A stretch of DNA of 64,000 nt from an uncultured Planctomycetaceae bacterium (GCA_963785305.1 CAWAUV010000005.1:96001-160000); one strand, 5' to 3'. Counted from the first letter of the stretch, positions 35,616 to 46,529 are shown. The notes: generated by a model not told the origin, from the letters alone. Numbers and translations: made by a program.

Positions 35616-36521
35616 ATGTCGCTATCATTGCTATCGCGAGTCGCCCTCTGCGGCGCAGTGCTTTGGTCGGCCGCCGAGTGCCAGGCGCGAACGCCGCGCG
35701 AAGAGCTCGATGTGGTCTATCAGGGCCTCGGCGCCGAGGCCGTGAAGCTCGATCTGTTTGCCCCCGCGGACGAACCGAGTTCGCCGCGGCCGCTGGTTGT
35801 GTTTATCCACGGCGGCGGCTGGCGAGGCGGATCGAAGGCCGACTTTCGCGACATGGCCAAGGGCATTGCCCGCGCGGGCTATGTGGCGGCGTCGATCGAT
35901 TATCGTCTTGCGCCACGAAGCAAGTTTCCGGCCCAAATTCACGATGTAAAAGCCGCCATTCGCTGGCTGCGCGCGAATGCCAAGCCGTGGAGCATCGATC
36001 CCAAGCGTGTCGCGCTCATCGGCGCATCGGCCGGCGGGCACTTGGCTTTGCTGGCCGGGCTCACGCGGCCCAAAGACGGCCTCGATGGGCCCATGCCAGG
36101 CGGACCCTCACCCGCCGGCCCTGCCCCCACCGACGACGAATCGCCCCCGGTGTCGGCCGTGGTCAATATCGTGGGGCCGGCGGATTTCAGGCGGCGAGAT
36201 TGGCCCGAAGCCAGCGAAAAAATGCTGGTCGACTTCCTGGGCGACCGCCAGGCGGTTCCCCAGGCGTATATCGAAGCCTCGCCCGTGACCTATGCGAGGT
36301 CCGAAGGGCCGCCGGTGCTCAGCTTTTACGGAACGAATGACAATCTCGTGCCCTACTCGCAAGCGGTGCGGCTCGAGGAAGCGCTTCAAGCCGCCGGAGA
36401 GCGATCGCAACTTGTGACCCTCGAGGGAAAAGACCACGGCGGCGATTGGACGGCCGAGGACTGGCGGCAGGTGATGCTCAAGACGTTCGTTTTCCTGGGG
36501 CAAGCGTTTACCCCCAAGTGA
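35616..36521 (+). CDS. Alpha/beta hydrolase (HGGG-type esterase)
   Basis: FIHGGGW, GASAGGHL, GTNDNLVP, DHG. Confidence 0.9.
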   Translation: MSLSLLSRVALCGAVLWSAAECQARTPREELDVVYQGLGAEAVKLDLFAPADEPSSPRPLVVFIHGGGWRGGSKADFRDMAKGIARAGYVAASIDYRLAPRSKFPAQIHDVKAAIRWLRANAKPWSIDPKRVALIGASAGGHLALLAGLTRPKDGLDGPMPGGPSPAGPAPTDDESPPVSAVVNIVGPADFRRRDWPEASEKMLVDFLGDRQAVPQAYIEASPVTYARSEGPPVLSFYGTNDNLVPYSQAVRLEEALQAAGERSQLVTLEGKDHGGDWTAEDWRQVMLKTFVFLGQAFTPK

Positions 36522-36570
36522 ATCGGCGGCGCGCGTGGAGCGACGACGCAAAAGGCCTCGCCGCCCAATG

Positions 36571-36613
36571 AAAAAAGCCCGGGTCGATGACGCTATTCGC
36601 CATCGACCCGGGC
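36571..36613 (-). terminator. Intrinsic terminator downstream of clpX
   Basis: 13-bp stem GCCCGGGTCGATG/CATCGACCCGGGC followed by U6 on the minus strand. Confidence 0.75.
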
Positions 36614-36710
36614 CATCGCTATAAGAAGCGCGAACTCGACCCCCGAAAATCACGCTGGTATCCCGCGGGCACTGGTCCCAGGAGACACGGTGAGGTTCCG
36701 GGCTTGAACG

Positions 36711-38000
36711 TTACGCGCTTTTGTTCTTCTGTTCGACTGGAATCGGATAGAGCTTGGCTCGACCCTCGACGACGTCCTTGTTGATCATATATCGGCAGCC
36801 GTTGCCCTGGTCCGGTAGGTCATACATCACATCGAGCATGACTTCTTCGATGATCGACCGGAGTCCGCGGGCGCCGGTTTCCTTGGCCTGCGCCTTGCGA
36901 GCGATTGCCAAGAGCGCGTCTTCAGTGAACTGAAGATCGGCGTTTTCCATGCTGAACAATCGCTGATATTGCTTCACGAGCGCATTTTTCGGCTCGGTCA
37001 GCACCCGAGTCAGGCCCTGGGCATCGAGCGGAGTGAGCGCCGAGATCACGGGTAGCCGGCCGACGAGCTCGGGAATGAGCCCGAACTCGAGGATGTCGTC
37101 GCTGGTCACTTGGGGCAGGAGGGTGGCCATGTCCGACTCGGTTTTCACGCCGCTCTCTTGGCCGAAGCCGATCGTGCGTTTGCCGAGCCTTTTGCTGATG
37201 ATCTTATCGATGTTGACGAAGGTGCCACCGCAGATGAACAAGATATTGCTCGTGTCCATCTGGATGTATTGCTGCTCGGGATGCTTGCGACCTCCCTGGG
37301 GCGGCACATTGGCCATCGTGCCTTCGAGCATTTTGAGGAGCGCTTGCTGCACTCCCTCGCCCGACACGTCGCGCGTGATCGACACGTTCTGGCTGGTCTT
37401 GCCGATCTTGTCGATTTCGTCGATATACAAGACGCCGCGCTGCGCGGCCTCGAGATCGAAGTCGGCGGCGTGGAGCAGTTTGAGCAGCAGGTTTTCGACA
37501 TCCTCGCCCACATAACCGGCCTCGGTCAGCGTCGTGGCGTCGCCAATGGCGAACGGCACATCGAGAATCCGAGCCAAAGTGCGGGCGAGCAGGGTTTTGC
37601 CGCAGCCCGTGGGACCGATGAGCATGATGTTCGATTTGTCGATCTCGACATCCGAGCCTTCGGCCCCGAGCATCAGTCGCTTGTAGTGGCTATGCACGGC
37701 CACGGCGAGCACCTTCTTGGCGTGGTCCTGGCCGATCACGTATTCGTCAAGCTGAGTGACGATCTCGCGGGGCGAGGGAACCCGGTTGAAGAGTTGCTTG
37801 CTGGTGCCGCGGCGCCGCCGTTCTTGTTCGAGAATCGACTGGCACAGCTCGATGCATTCGCCGCAGATATAAACATCGCCAGGCCCCTCGACCAGCGGGC
37901 CGACGTCGCGGTAACTTTTGCGACAAAACGAGCAGAAGGCGTTTTTCTTGGTGGCGCCGCTCCCGCGTCGCGTCGCGTTGACATCCCTACCTGAGGGCAT
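36711..38000 (-). CDS. clpX: ATP-dependent Clp protease ATP-binding subunit ClpX
   Basis: C4 zinc finger CSFC...[36 protein letters not shown] loop; SD GAAAGGAG. Confidence 0.97.
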   Translation of the reverse strand: MPSGRDVNATRRGSGATKKNAFCSFCRKSYRDVGPLVEGPGDVYICGECIELCQSILEQERRRRGTSKQLFNRVPSPREIVTQLDEYVIGQDHAKKVLAVAVHSHYKRLMLGAEGSDVEIDKSNIMLIGPTGCGKTLLARTLARILDVPFAIGDATTLTEAGYVGEDVENLLLKLLHAADFDLEAAQRGVLYIDEIDKIGKTSQNVSITRDVSGEGVQQALLKMLEGTMANVPPQGGRKHPEQQYIQMDTSNILFICGGTFVNIDKIISKRLGKRTIGFGQESGVKTESDMATLLPQVTSDDILEFGLIPELVGRLPVISALTPLDAQGLTRVLTEPKNALVKQYQRLFSMENADLQFTEDALLAIARKAQAKETGARGLRSIIEEVMLDVMYDLPDQGNGCRYMINKDVVEGRAKLYPIPVEQKNKSA

Positions 38001-38360
38001 CGTAACTCCTTTCAACAATTCGACTCGAACTGTCCCAGTTTAGACAGCCGAGAGGACGAGACCCAAGGTGTGTCGCTCGAGTGGCCATACTGGCGTCCCA
38101 CGCGCTGGCCGAGTAGCCTTCCCTGCACCGAGATGTCGAGCTTTGGAAACGTTGAATCTTTATCGTGTTAAGTCAGCCAGAACCCCAGCGGAAAACCGGG
38201 GCCTCGCCAACGCCTATCAATCCTTACAAGCTACCAGGGCGGGCAGGCTTGCCCGCCGGGTTCGCGCCGCCCAAGCCGCACGGCTCAGCTAGCGGAAGCT
38301 CCGACCGCTGGCCGTCATAAACCCGCTCGCTTCAGCGAATCGCGAGAGCTTGTTTCGTTC

Positions 38361-38645
38361 TCACGTTCGCTTTTCGGTCGCGGCCGGCTTTTCGACTTTC
38401 CTGCCTGTTTCTTCCTTCAGCTTTTCGCCCAGTTGAGACTTCACCGAGCGATATTCTTCGTCGCTGAGCGTGCCACGAGAATGAAGTTCGCGAAAATTGG
38501 TCAGCAGCGCATTGGCCGAGACCTCTTCCTCGCGCACCGATTCCCGGAACTTCTTGACCACATAGACCCCGACCGTAATCATGACGGCTAGCACCGCTAG
38601 CAAGATCACGAGCTGGGCCGAGTCGGTTTTCAAAAAATCCGCCAT
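38361..38645 (-). CDS. Small membrane protein with SHOCT-like C-terminus
   Basis: One transmembrane segment, then FRELHSRGTLSDEEYRSVK. Confidence 0.7.
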   Translation of the reverse strand: MADFLKTDSAQLVILLAVLAVMITVGVYVVKKFRESVREEEVSANALLTNFRELHSRGTLSDEEYRSVKSQLGEKLKEETGRKVEKPAATEKRT

Positions 38646-38848
38646 CGCACTCTTCACCCCGCTCATCGCGGCCGGCGCGTTCCTTTCTATCGCGCCGCTA
38701 GGGCCCCCGGGTCCAGCGGCCCTCCTCTGGGCTGCCGACTCCAACATGCCGCCTAGAATTTGACATGGTCATTATGTCCGCCAGGAGGATGATCGTCCAG
38801 CGAGCGGGCGGGTTTCGTCGCCCCCCGCCGTTCACTAAAGCACTCGAA

Positions 38849-38906
38849 TGGCTCACGCCGAAGCACAGTTGGCTCACGCCGAAGCCCTGATGGCTCACGC
38901 CGAAGC
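38849..38906. repeat. Three direct repeats of TGGCTCACGCCGAAGC at a 21-bp period
   Basis: Exact copies at 38849, 38870 and 38891 with 5-bp variable spacers, in a divergent intergenic region. Confidence 0.9.
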
Positions 38907-39378
38907 TCTAAAGCAATCTCGGCGCCAAGCCAGAATCGCATCGCCCCGGAAACACTCGAGGTTGACACGGCGGAGCAAGCCACGGTCGCGCTGGCCCCGC
39001 ATCGCCCTCGGTGGCGAAAACGCCTCGAATTCTCGGAGCAGGTGGCCCGCGCATCGATGTTCGCGGATCACCCCGACGCGCCTTGCGCGGCGCCGAGAAA
39101 TTTCCCGGATTTCGCGGCTCGCGATGCCAAACCCGAGGCGAGGTTTTTGCAAAAATTGCAAAGACCCTCGCCCAACGGCCGCGAATCCCTCTTTCGCTAT
39201 CCACCGCATTTAGCCTGTTTCCAAGGTTCGCTAAAACCGCTTCAAGCGTCACGATCCCAAGACCCGATAGGTAAAAATGTCGAGGGCGCCGAGCGCGCTC
39301 GAACCGAGGCGCTTTGTCGAATCGCGACATTGGGGGGCGTCCGGCATTTTTTTCCGGGCTTATGCTGGCGACGGTGGC

Positions 39379-40977
39379 ATGTTCCGATCGACATGGTTCG
39401 CGCTGTTCGCATTCATGGGATTCGTCGCGGCGGCGCGCCCAAGAAGCCGCCCACGCGCCGGACACCGAACCCGCGGCGGTCCGCCAGACCGAGTTCGGGC
39501 TGCCTTTTCGCTTGGCGCCGCCAGCCGATGGCGCGTTGCCGCCCGTGGAAGTGCAACTGCATGCCTCGGCCAACCATGGGCTCAACTGGCAAGTGGCGGC
39601 CAAGGTGAAGCCGAGCGAATCGAAATTCATCTTCAAAGCGCCGCACGATGGCGAATACTGGTTCTGCATTCGCACCGTCGATCGTCAGGGTGTCGTTCGG
39701 CCCTCGGGCGAAGCGCGGCCCGAGCTCCGCGTGGTGGTCGACACCACCGCGCCTCGCTTGGAATTGAAAACGGGGCGCGGGCCGGCGGGCGAGATCACGG
39801 CCCGCTGGCAAGCGGTCGACCCGAACCTGAAGCCCGAGAGTCTCACGATCGAATATCAGCCCGGCCCCAATCAACCTTGGGAACGCGTGGCGATCGAACC
39901 GGGAATCTCGCATACGAAACAAGCCCTTACCGGCGAAGCCACTTGGTGGCCGAAGGCTTCGACCGGCGTGATCGCGGTGCGAGCCCAGATTTCCGATCGG
40001 GCGGGCAATCCGGCCGTGAGCCAGTCGCAAATCACGGCCGAGGCGCCGCCGAGCGGCGCGATTGGCCATGTCGAACAGCCGAGCGGCGCCGCGAGCGGCG
40101 CGCGTTCGCAAGGCGCTGATCCGGCGGTTGCGCCGGGGGGCAAGCCGATCTCGCGCCGCGCTCCACCGTGCAAACTCCCTTCCGCCTTAGTTCATCGAGC
40201 GAAAACGCGATGCGCGGCGCCCTGCAAGGCGAGCGAACCGGCGCCACGTCCAACGACCGATCTGGCGCCGAGGCCGCCGGCGGCAGCTTCGCCCAGCGGC
40301 TCGAATTGATGCCGCCCGGCGAGCGGCCGCGCATGATCAACTCGCGCCGCTTCGAACTCGAATACGATGTCGACGCCGTGGGCCCCTCGGGCATCGCCAA
40401 AGTCGAGCTCTGGGGAACGATCGATGGCGGCAAAACTTGGAAAAGCTTCGGCGTCGACAACGATAACCGCAGCCCGCTCGTGGTGAATGTGCCGGGCGAG
40501 GGGCTCTATGGCTTCACGATCGTGTTTCAAAACGGCAACGGCTTCGGCGGCCTCGCGCCGCGCGAGGGCGCCGAGCCCGAGATTTGGGTCGGCGTCGATC
40601 TCACATCGCCGGTAGCCAAGATCACTACCGCGGAAATCGGTCGCGACAATGGCGAGCTCATTATCCGCTGGCTCGCGCAAGATGACATGCTCGACCCAAG
40701 GCCGATCAGCCTCTACTTCAGCGACCGCGCGAATGGCCCCTGGTCGGCGATCGCGGCCGGCCTCGAGAACCTGGGGCAATATGCTTGGCGGCTCGACAAT
40801 CGCGTGCCCGACCGGGTGTTCTTGAAGATCGAGGTTCGCGACGAGGCGGGCAACATCGGGCAACACATCAGCTCCGAGCCGGTATCGCTCGACTTGGAGC
40901 GCCCGCAGGGCCGCATCCGCGGAGTGCGCCCAGCGCCCGCGGTCACCGGAGCTCGCCCGGCGCCCGCGGTGCGCTGA
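39379..40977 (+). CDS. Exported hypothetical protein with duplicated Ig-like beta domains; frameshifted
   Basis: Signal peptide MFRSTWFALFAFMGFVAAA; ORFs 39314-40309 and 40168-40977 contain homologous halves (DGEYWF/EGLYGF, DRAGN/DEAGN). Confidence 0.7.
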
Positions 40978-41030
40978 TCGCCGGATATCCCATCGCCGCC
41001 GAACGCTCGTCGGCCGGCTCCCCCCGGCGC

Positions 41031-42800
41031 TTATGCGATCGCGTTCCCAGGCGTTGCTCTCAAGACTGCCGTGGCGAGCCGTCGGCGCCAAAGGCTCGCC
41101 AGCATTAGCAAGGCGGGCAAAACAGCCAGCGACCATGTGCCCGGCTCCGGCACGACGGCGGCATAGATCGCCGAGGTTGCCGCGTCTTGCTGAAGCTGCG
41201 GAGCGTTGTCGCCGAAGTCGCCCAGGGTGGGGTCCGAAATGGCGAACACATCGACCAGGGGCCCCGTGGTCAACATCACACCATCCGAAAACGGCACGGT
41301 CACGGTGAACGCGAAGCCATATTCGCCATAGGTTTGAGTGGAGCCCGCGGCGAGATAGAGATCTTTCTGGAGTTCGTGGAAGTCATAGAGCGAAACTCCG
41401 AATCCCGTATAGAAGGGCGTCGTGCCATTGACCTCGACATTGCCGGCGGAAGCGCCGGGGTGGGGATTCGTGATCGGGTCGGGGTTGCCGGCCCACAAGT
41501 CGTAGATGTTGAGGTACGTGCCGCTCACGGCCGGAACCGCGGCGCCCCCCGTGCCATCGGAGAAATACAAGGGGCTGACAATGTTGAACGTGGCGTTTGC
41601 ATAGGGTGGAAACGAGCCCGCGGTCTGCGCGAAGCCCTCGTAAGTCCCGTAACTGCCATCGGAATTCGGCGTCGCGTCGAATGCATCGAGAAAGAGATTG
41701 CTCGGTCCCGCGGCGGGGCTTCCCGTGTTGTCCAACACGGGTTGAGCCGAGGTGATCGAGAAGGAAACGGGATATCCCGATGTCGGGTCGACATTCGCCG
41801 CGATGTCGAAGCCATGTCCCCATGCGTTGTGAGCGATCAGGGCGAGAGACAGTGTGCCCAGACCTCGCGCGATCGTGTGCATGGGCGGCCGCCGACGGCG
41901 TGCGTGGAGGCGAGCTCGCAGCCACGCGTCGATCCGAAGCGGGAGGGCCATTGCCAACTTTCGGCGATTCTTCAACAAGCGCATTAGCGCCAGTCCGGCG
42001 ACCGCGATCGCCGCGAGCGACCATGTCGACGGCTCGGGCACGATCGCGTTGTAGATCGCCAACGTCGCGGCGTCTTGTTGTTGAAGGGACGCGTTGTCGG
42101 CGAAATCGCCCAGGGTGGGGGCCGTGATGGCGAACACATCGACCATCACCGGCGATGTCACATCCGTGAGCACTCCGTTGATGGTGAAGGGAACCGTCAC
42201 GGTGAATCCGAAGCCATATTCACCATAGGTTTGCGTGGACCCGGCGCCGAGAAACAACTCCTTGGCGATCTCATGCGCGTCATAGAGCGACACGCCGAAA
42301 CCGTTGTAGAACGAGGCGTCGCCATTGATCGACAGCGTGCCGCCGGTGGCGCCGGGATAGATGGGGCCGGTGATCGTCGAATAATCGCGGTCGTACATAT
42401 ATAGCGATGTCCCGCTCGAGGCCAATTGCGCTACGGCCGGCCCCTGGCTGCCGTCGCTCAGCACGGTGGGAGAGCCATCGGAAAAGAGCAGTGGGCTAAC
42501 CACGTTGAATGTGGCGCCCGAATATTGGGGAAACGGTCCCGACGTTTGCGCGAAACCGTGCTCGACATAGTAATAGGCGCCGTTGGCGCCGGCGGTCGTG
42601 GTCCCGGAGAACTCCTCGATGAATAGATTCGACGGACCGGCCGTTTGATCTTGGGGGTCCAAGAACGGGGATTGCGACGCCACGGTGAATTGCGTGGGAT
42701 TCGAATAATCGTTGACCGACAATCCGAAACCATGTCCCCATGCGTCGCGGCACATGCACAGCGCGAACACTAAGAATGTTTGGCGTATCGAGAAATTCAT
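41031..42800 (-). CDS. Tandem double PEP-CTERM protein (two signal peptide-domain-PEP-CTERM units in one ORF)
   Basis: VPEP plus TM plus basic tail at about 42041 and 41153; two homologous domains, each starting AWG-HGF. Confidence 0.8.
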   Translation of the reverse strand: MNFSIRQTFLVFALCMCRDAWGHGFGLSVNDYSNPTQFTVASQSPFLDPQDQTAGPSNLFIEEFSGTTTAGANGAYYYVEHGFAQTSGPFPQYSGATFNVVSPLLFSDGSPTVLSDGSQGPAVAQLASSGTSLYMYDRDYSTITGPIYPGATGGTLSINGDASFYNGFGVSLYDAHEIAKELFLGAGSTQTYGEYGFGFTVTVPFTINGVLTDVTSPVMVDVFAITAPTLGDFADNASLQQQDAATLAIYNAIVPEPSTWSLAAIAVAGLALMRLLKNRRKLAMALPLRIDAWLRARLHARRRRPPMHTIARGLGTLSLALIAHNAWGHGFDIAANVDPTSGYPVSFSITSAQPVLDNTGSPAAGPSNLFLDAFDATPNSDGSYGTYEGFAQTAGSFPPYANATFNIVSPLYFSDGTGGAAVPAVSGTYLNIYDLWAGNPDPITNPHPGASAGNVEVNGTTPFYTGFGVSLYDFHELQKDLYLAAGSTQTYGEYGFAFTVTVPFSDGVMLTTGPLVDVFAISDPTLGDFGDNAPQLQQDAATSAIYAAVVPEPGTWSLAVLPALLMLASLWRRRLATAVLRATPGNAIA

Positions 42801-42878
42801 CGTATGCAGCCCTGATGGTTTGCTTTTAGGTTTGTTTTCAAAGTTCGATTCGTTTGAGCGGCCCATGAGCCCGATCGG

Positions 42879-43614
42879 TCATTTGACCGGCCGGGCGAAG
42901 TTCGTGGGGTTGCCGCTCATGACGGCGGTGATATCGGCTTGCACCCAGCCGTTGAATGTTTCCTGATCCACCGTGTCAACGTGGCCGTCGGCGTAGAGGT
43001 AGTTGGACCAGTCCATTCCGTGCTGGGCCGGAGTGATCTCGGCCAGGATCACCGCCCAGGCATTGCCATTGACGATGTCTCCCGGCGCGAACCAAGTGGA
43101 TGTATGCACATGATCGTCGGAGACCGTGCGGCCCACGTCCGATCCCTCGAACAACACGATGAGCTTGCTGGTTTCCTTGATCCAATTGATATTCAGGACC
43201 GAAAATCCGTCGTCGGTGTCGTAGGAAACATATTCATTGATCACGTAGCTCGTGCCCCGGAGAACCGTTCGCGCTCGCTCCCACTCGGAGCTCGCCCATC
43301 GGATCCTCGGGGCAGAGTCGCACCTCGTCGACGCTCTCCATGAACGGCGCCATGGTGATGATCCAGCTCTGGGTGTTTCCCTCGTGGTAGGTCCAGGGGA
43401 AATGCCCGTTCCGCGCGTTCTCGAACATCGCCAGGCCCACGCCGATCTGGTGCAGGTTGTTGAGGCACTTCGTCAAGCGCGCCGACTGACGGGCCGCTTG
43501 AATCGCAGGCAGCAAGAGCGCCGCCAGCACGCCGATGATCGCAATCACGACGAGCAATTCCACGAGCGTCATTCCGCGCGAGCGCGTAATCGATCTTGAG
43601 CTAGCTGATCGCAT
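42879..43614 (-). CDS. DUF1559 prepilin-type protein; frameshift near 43255
   Basis: [44 protein letters not shown]-terminal [14 protein letters not shown] motif. Confidence 0.9.
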
Positions 43615-43897
43615 GCATTCTCGTTCTTAGGGTTTGGTCCCAATGGGTCGACGATCGTGGCCTGCTTGCGGTCGGCGATCTCCGGTGATTGCCTGAACGC
43701 GCGAGTGGGTGATCCATTTGTGCGCCCAGCCGTTCCGGGTTCGGCTAGAGCCTTGAGCGCCCACGCGCCTCCAACAAAAGTTCTCCTGCGATGAAGAACG
43801 AGCCGCCGGAGGTGGGCGTGGGCGCGCAGGACTCCAGCCAAGGTTCGCGGAGGTCCCGCGCGGTCGGCGCGGCGACTCCTTGCAACGAAGAAGCCGC

Positions 43898-44643
43898 TTA
43901 CCCAACGCGCGCGGCGATCACTCGTTCGCGAGAGGACCCAGCGAGGGAGAAGGCGCCGCGGAAAAGAAGGCGCGAGGCGCGCGGCGGCGGAGATTCGAGC
44001 GTCAGAAAGACGCGCAATGGCTTGCGATTCGCCGCGACGATCGCATCTCCCGAGGCGGTCGTTGCCGCATTCAAGAGCGGTTCGTCTGGTGGAACGATGG
44101 CGGTCGCCAATGTCAACCAGACCGCCGAAAGTCCATGACACTCGAGGGCCCGCAACACGATAAGCGACCCGCGCTTCGGCGATTGCCGCTCGCCGTGCGA
44201 TGTTTTTGCCTCGCCGCGGCATGCGCCCGCGCCGAACAGCAAGAACCGTATTTAGGGCCAGCGTCGAGATGCGCGTGCGAGTCGAGATGCGCGTGCGAGT
44301 CGACCTCGCCCGACGCGTCGTGCTCGGACGCGTCGTGTTCCGAGCAGACTCGGAATTCGGCCGGCGGCTCGACATGGTTGCGTTCGGCCCAGGCGAGCAT
44401 CTGTTCGCGCGTGAAGCAGCAGCAGTGACGCCAGCACTCTTCAGCGCTCTGGCAGCCACAGCTGTGGTGCTGACACGGGAATGGGCGCAGCGATACCTTC
44501 GCGACCGGAATTGGCAAGGGGATGCCAATCAGGCAAATAAGGTAGTTCGCCAGTAATGCCCCGGCTACAAATCGCCGGGCGGTGGGACGCACATCAAACT
44601 CCGAACGGTTCGCGGCACTATATGTCCACGACCCATTCCTCAT
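43898..44643 (-). CDS. Cys/His-rich exported protein with C-terminal PPPR (DUF2946-like); frameshift near 44200-44240; start uncertain
   Basis: PFPCQHHSCGCQSAEECWRHCCCF, SEHDA x2 and DSHAHL x2 in ORF 44113-44685; LRALECHG...ESPPPRA in ORF 43898-44242. Confidence 0.7.
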
Positions 44644-44655
44644 CGCAGGACGCTG

Positions 44656-44685
44656 ATTATTGCCAGTCGCATACCCCCATGTCAA
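44656..44685 (-). promoter_or_regulatory. Sigma70-like promoter for the Cys/His-rich gene
   Basis: Minus strand TTGACA (44685-44680), 18 bp, AATAAT (44661-44656); the spacer contains a G5 tract. Confidence 0.55.
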
Positions 44686-44700
44686 GCACCCGCGCGAGCG

Positions 44701-44725
44701 GGTAGTGTCCTAAATCTGTGTTGCT
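44701..44725 (+). repeat. Left terminal inverted repeat
   Basis: Exact reverse complement of 49402-49426. Confidence 0.95.
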
Positions 44726-44904
44726 GAGGCGCTGGCCGGATCGGACGGCGGCCCCTTCTTCCCGTTCTGGGATTGCCCTAAAATAGCGGCTCGCCTGGCA
44801 GTGCGGCTGATCCCCCGCATTCGGCCTCGGGCGCGATTGCGGCTTTTCCCTAACCTTTGCCGTGGTCGCGCCCTTGGCCCGCCAGCGGTAAAGGTTAGGG
44901 GCGA

Positions 44905-46366
44905 ATGAACAACCAAGCGGTCGCGAAGCTTTGCACTGAGTGGCTGAACGTCTATGACGCGGCGATTTCAGCGAGTCAGGGACGCGGCTACACAATTGCC
45001 CGCCGCCATTTCTCTGAACTGTACGAAACCCTCTGCATCAATGCTAAGCCACTTGTTGGCGAGGCCGCAGCGCGGGGGCTCGGATCGCTGCCGCTGGCGT
45101 CGATTCCGCCACGGCTACCACCGCCTAAGCCATGCAGCCCAGAAGAGAGATGGGCGCGTAGAATCGGCCGCGGAAGTCGTGCGTCTGCTTCTGGCTGCGG
45201 TTGGCGGCGCCAGCCAGAACGCCGCGTCGCCTTCTATGGCTATATCTTGGCCCGCTTATCCTTTTCAAAACTCGATCGATCGTCTTCCTATAGATGACAT
45301 CCGAAGAACGGGCACATTTTCGTCTAGCCCAGCAGTTCTTGCGGCGATGGGGCAGCCTATTATTCCGCCAACCTTAACGCCAGACACCAAAGACTTGGCG
45401 ATTCTCACGTTTCATTACCCGACCGCTATCCCATCCAAGCCGCCGTGGGATGACATCAGGGCTGACCTGCTTGCCGCTGGAATTTCTGTGGCAACCATAA
45501 CGGAGGTCACGAGCCGGGATTTGGTTCGGATGATGGACAGAATTCCGGACAGCAAACCGTCTCTGAAGTCACGCGAAGAAACTAAGCGGTCATTGATAGA
45601 GCTTTTTGACCGTCGCGGGCTTGCGCCATTGGCATATCTTATCGAGGCAGCGTGGAATGTTCGCGAATGGCTTCGGGAGGTCGATTCAGACCACACACTT
45701 GGCCCCGTGCTGAGATTGTTGATGCCAGTGATTCGGCGCCAGGTGGAACTAAATCTGATCGACGCTGAGTTATCCAGCTACGTAACTCTGTTGCCACGCG
45801 GCAACGATCTGACTGCCGCCACGCTAGTTGCCTTCATCGAAAGCCTGGAACTTGCCGGCGGGGCGCGTATCTCGATCCCGTGTGGCCAGCCACCAGAAGA
45901 GGCGCAATGGAGAACTCTTGCTCGTTCACGCGCGATGAGAATCGCAATGCAGGTGATGGACAGGAACGGCAATCAGCTATTCGATTACCAGAATTCTGAG
46001 GATCTTGAAAAAATCGAACGAATGGACCGCGATGTACTCGTCGGTTTATGGCGAGTAATTGAGAGGTTAGAAGAACAGCCTCACGGGAAGAGCGGCAGCA
46101 ACGCTTCCGGAACGCCCCAGGCATCCCCGGGCGCCGTGGAGCATCAATTAGATGAACTTGTTACCCTTGACCAAATCGCGCCTCTCGCCGGCCTATCTAA
46201 GCGTTCGCTTGAGAGGCACCTGAAAGCCGGAAAATTACCGCAGCCCGACGTCCAGGGAGGCGGAGGGCGTGCGCATAAATGGCTATACCGCAGCCTCCGT
46301 CCGGCTTTGATCGCGTTGGCAAACCGGGAATTACCCGAGAAGTTTCCGGGTTCAAGAATTATCTGA
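44905..46366 (+). CDS. Passenger protein with C-terminal AlpA/excisionase-like winged HTH; probable frameshift near 45100-45170
   Basis: The N-terminus is protein-like in ORF 44905-45297 and the remainder in ORF 44954-46366; C-terminal LVTLDQIAPLAGLSKRSLERHLKAGKLPQPD...HKW. Confidence 0.65.
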
Positions 46367-46492
46367 CCGACAGCTAACCGACAAGCAACGAAAAACCTCC
46401 CTGGTTTCAGGCATTTCTCGTCGGTCATCGACCGACAGCCTGACCGACAGTTCTTTTTTTGAACTTTTTTCGTGTCGGCTTCTGACCGACAA
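46363..46492. repeat. Array of (CTG)ACCGACA boxes, putative protein-binding sites
   Basis: Forward copies at about 46363, 46374, 46429, 46440 and 46482; inverted copies at about 46420 and 46473; T-tracts between them. Confidence 0.8.
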
Positions 46493-46529
46493 CTCCGCGC
46501 AACCGCATCCACTGACGCTAAAAACAAAG

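Noticed and set aside
38849..38906. CRISPR array
   Set aside because: The repeats are 16 bp with 5-bp spacers, far too short, and there are no cas genes in the window.
44262..44345. Short tandem DNA repeats (18 and 15 bp) as regulatory elements
   Set aside because: They are in-frame coding repeats (DSHAHL, SEHDA) of the Cys/His-rich protein.
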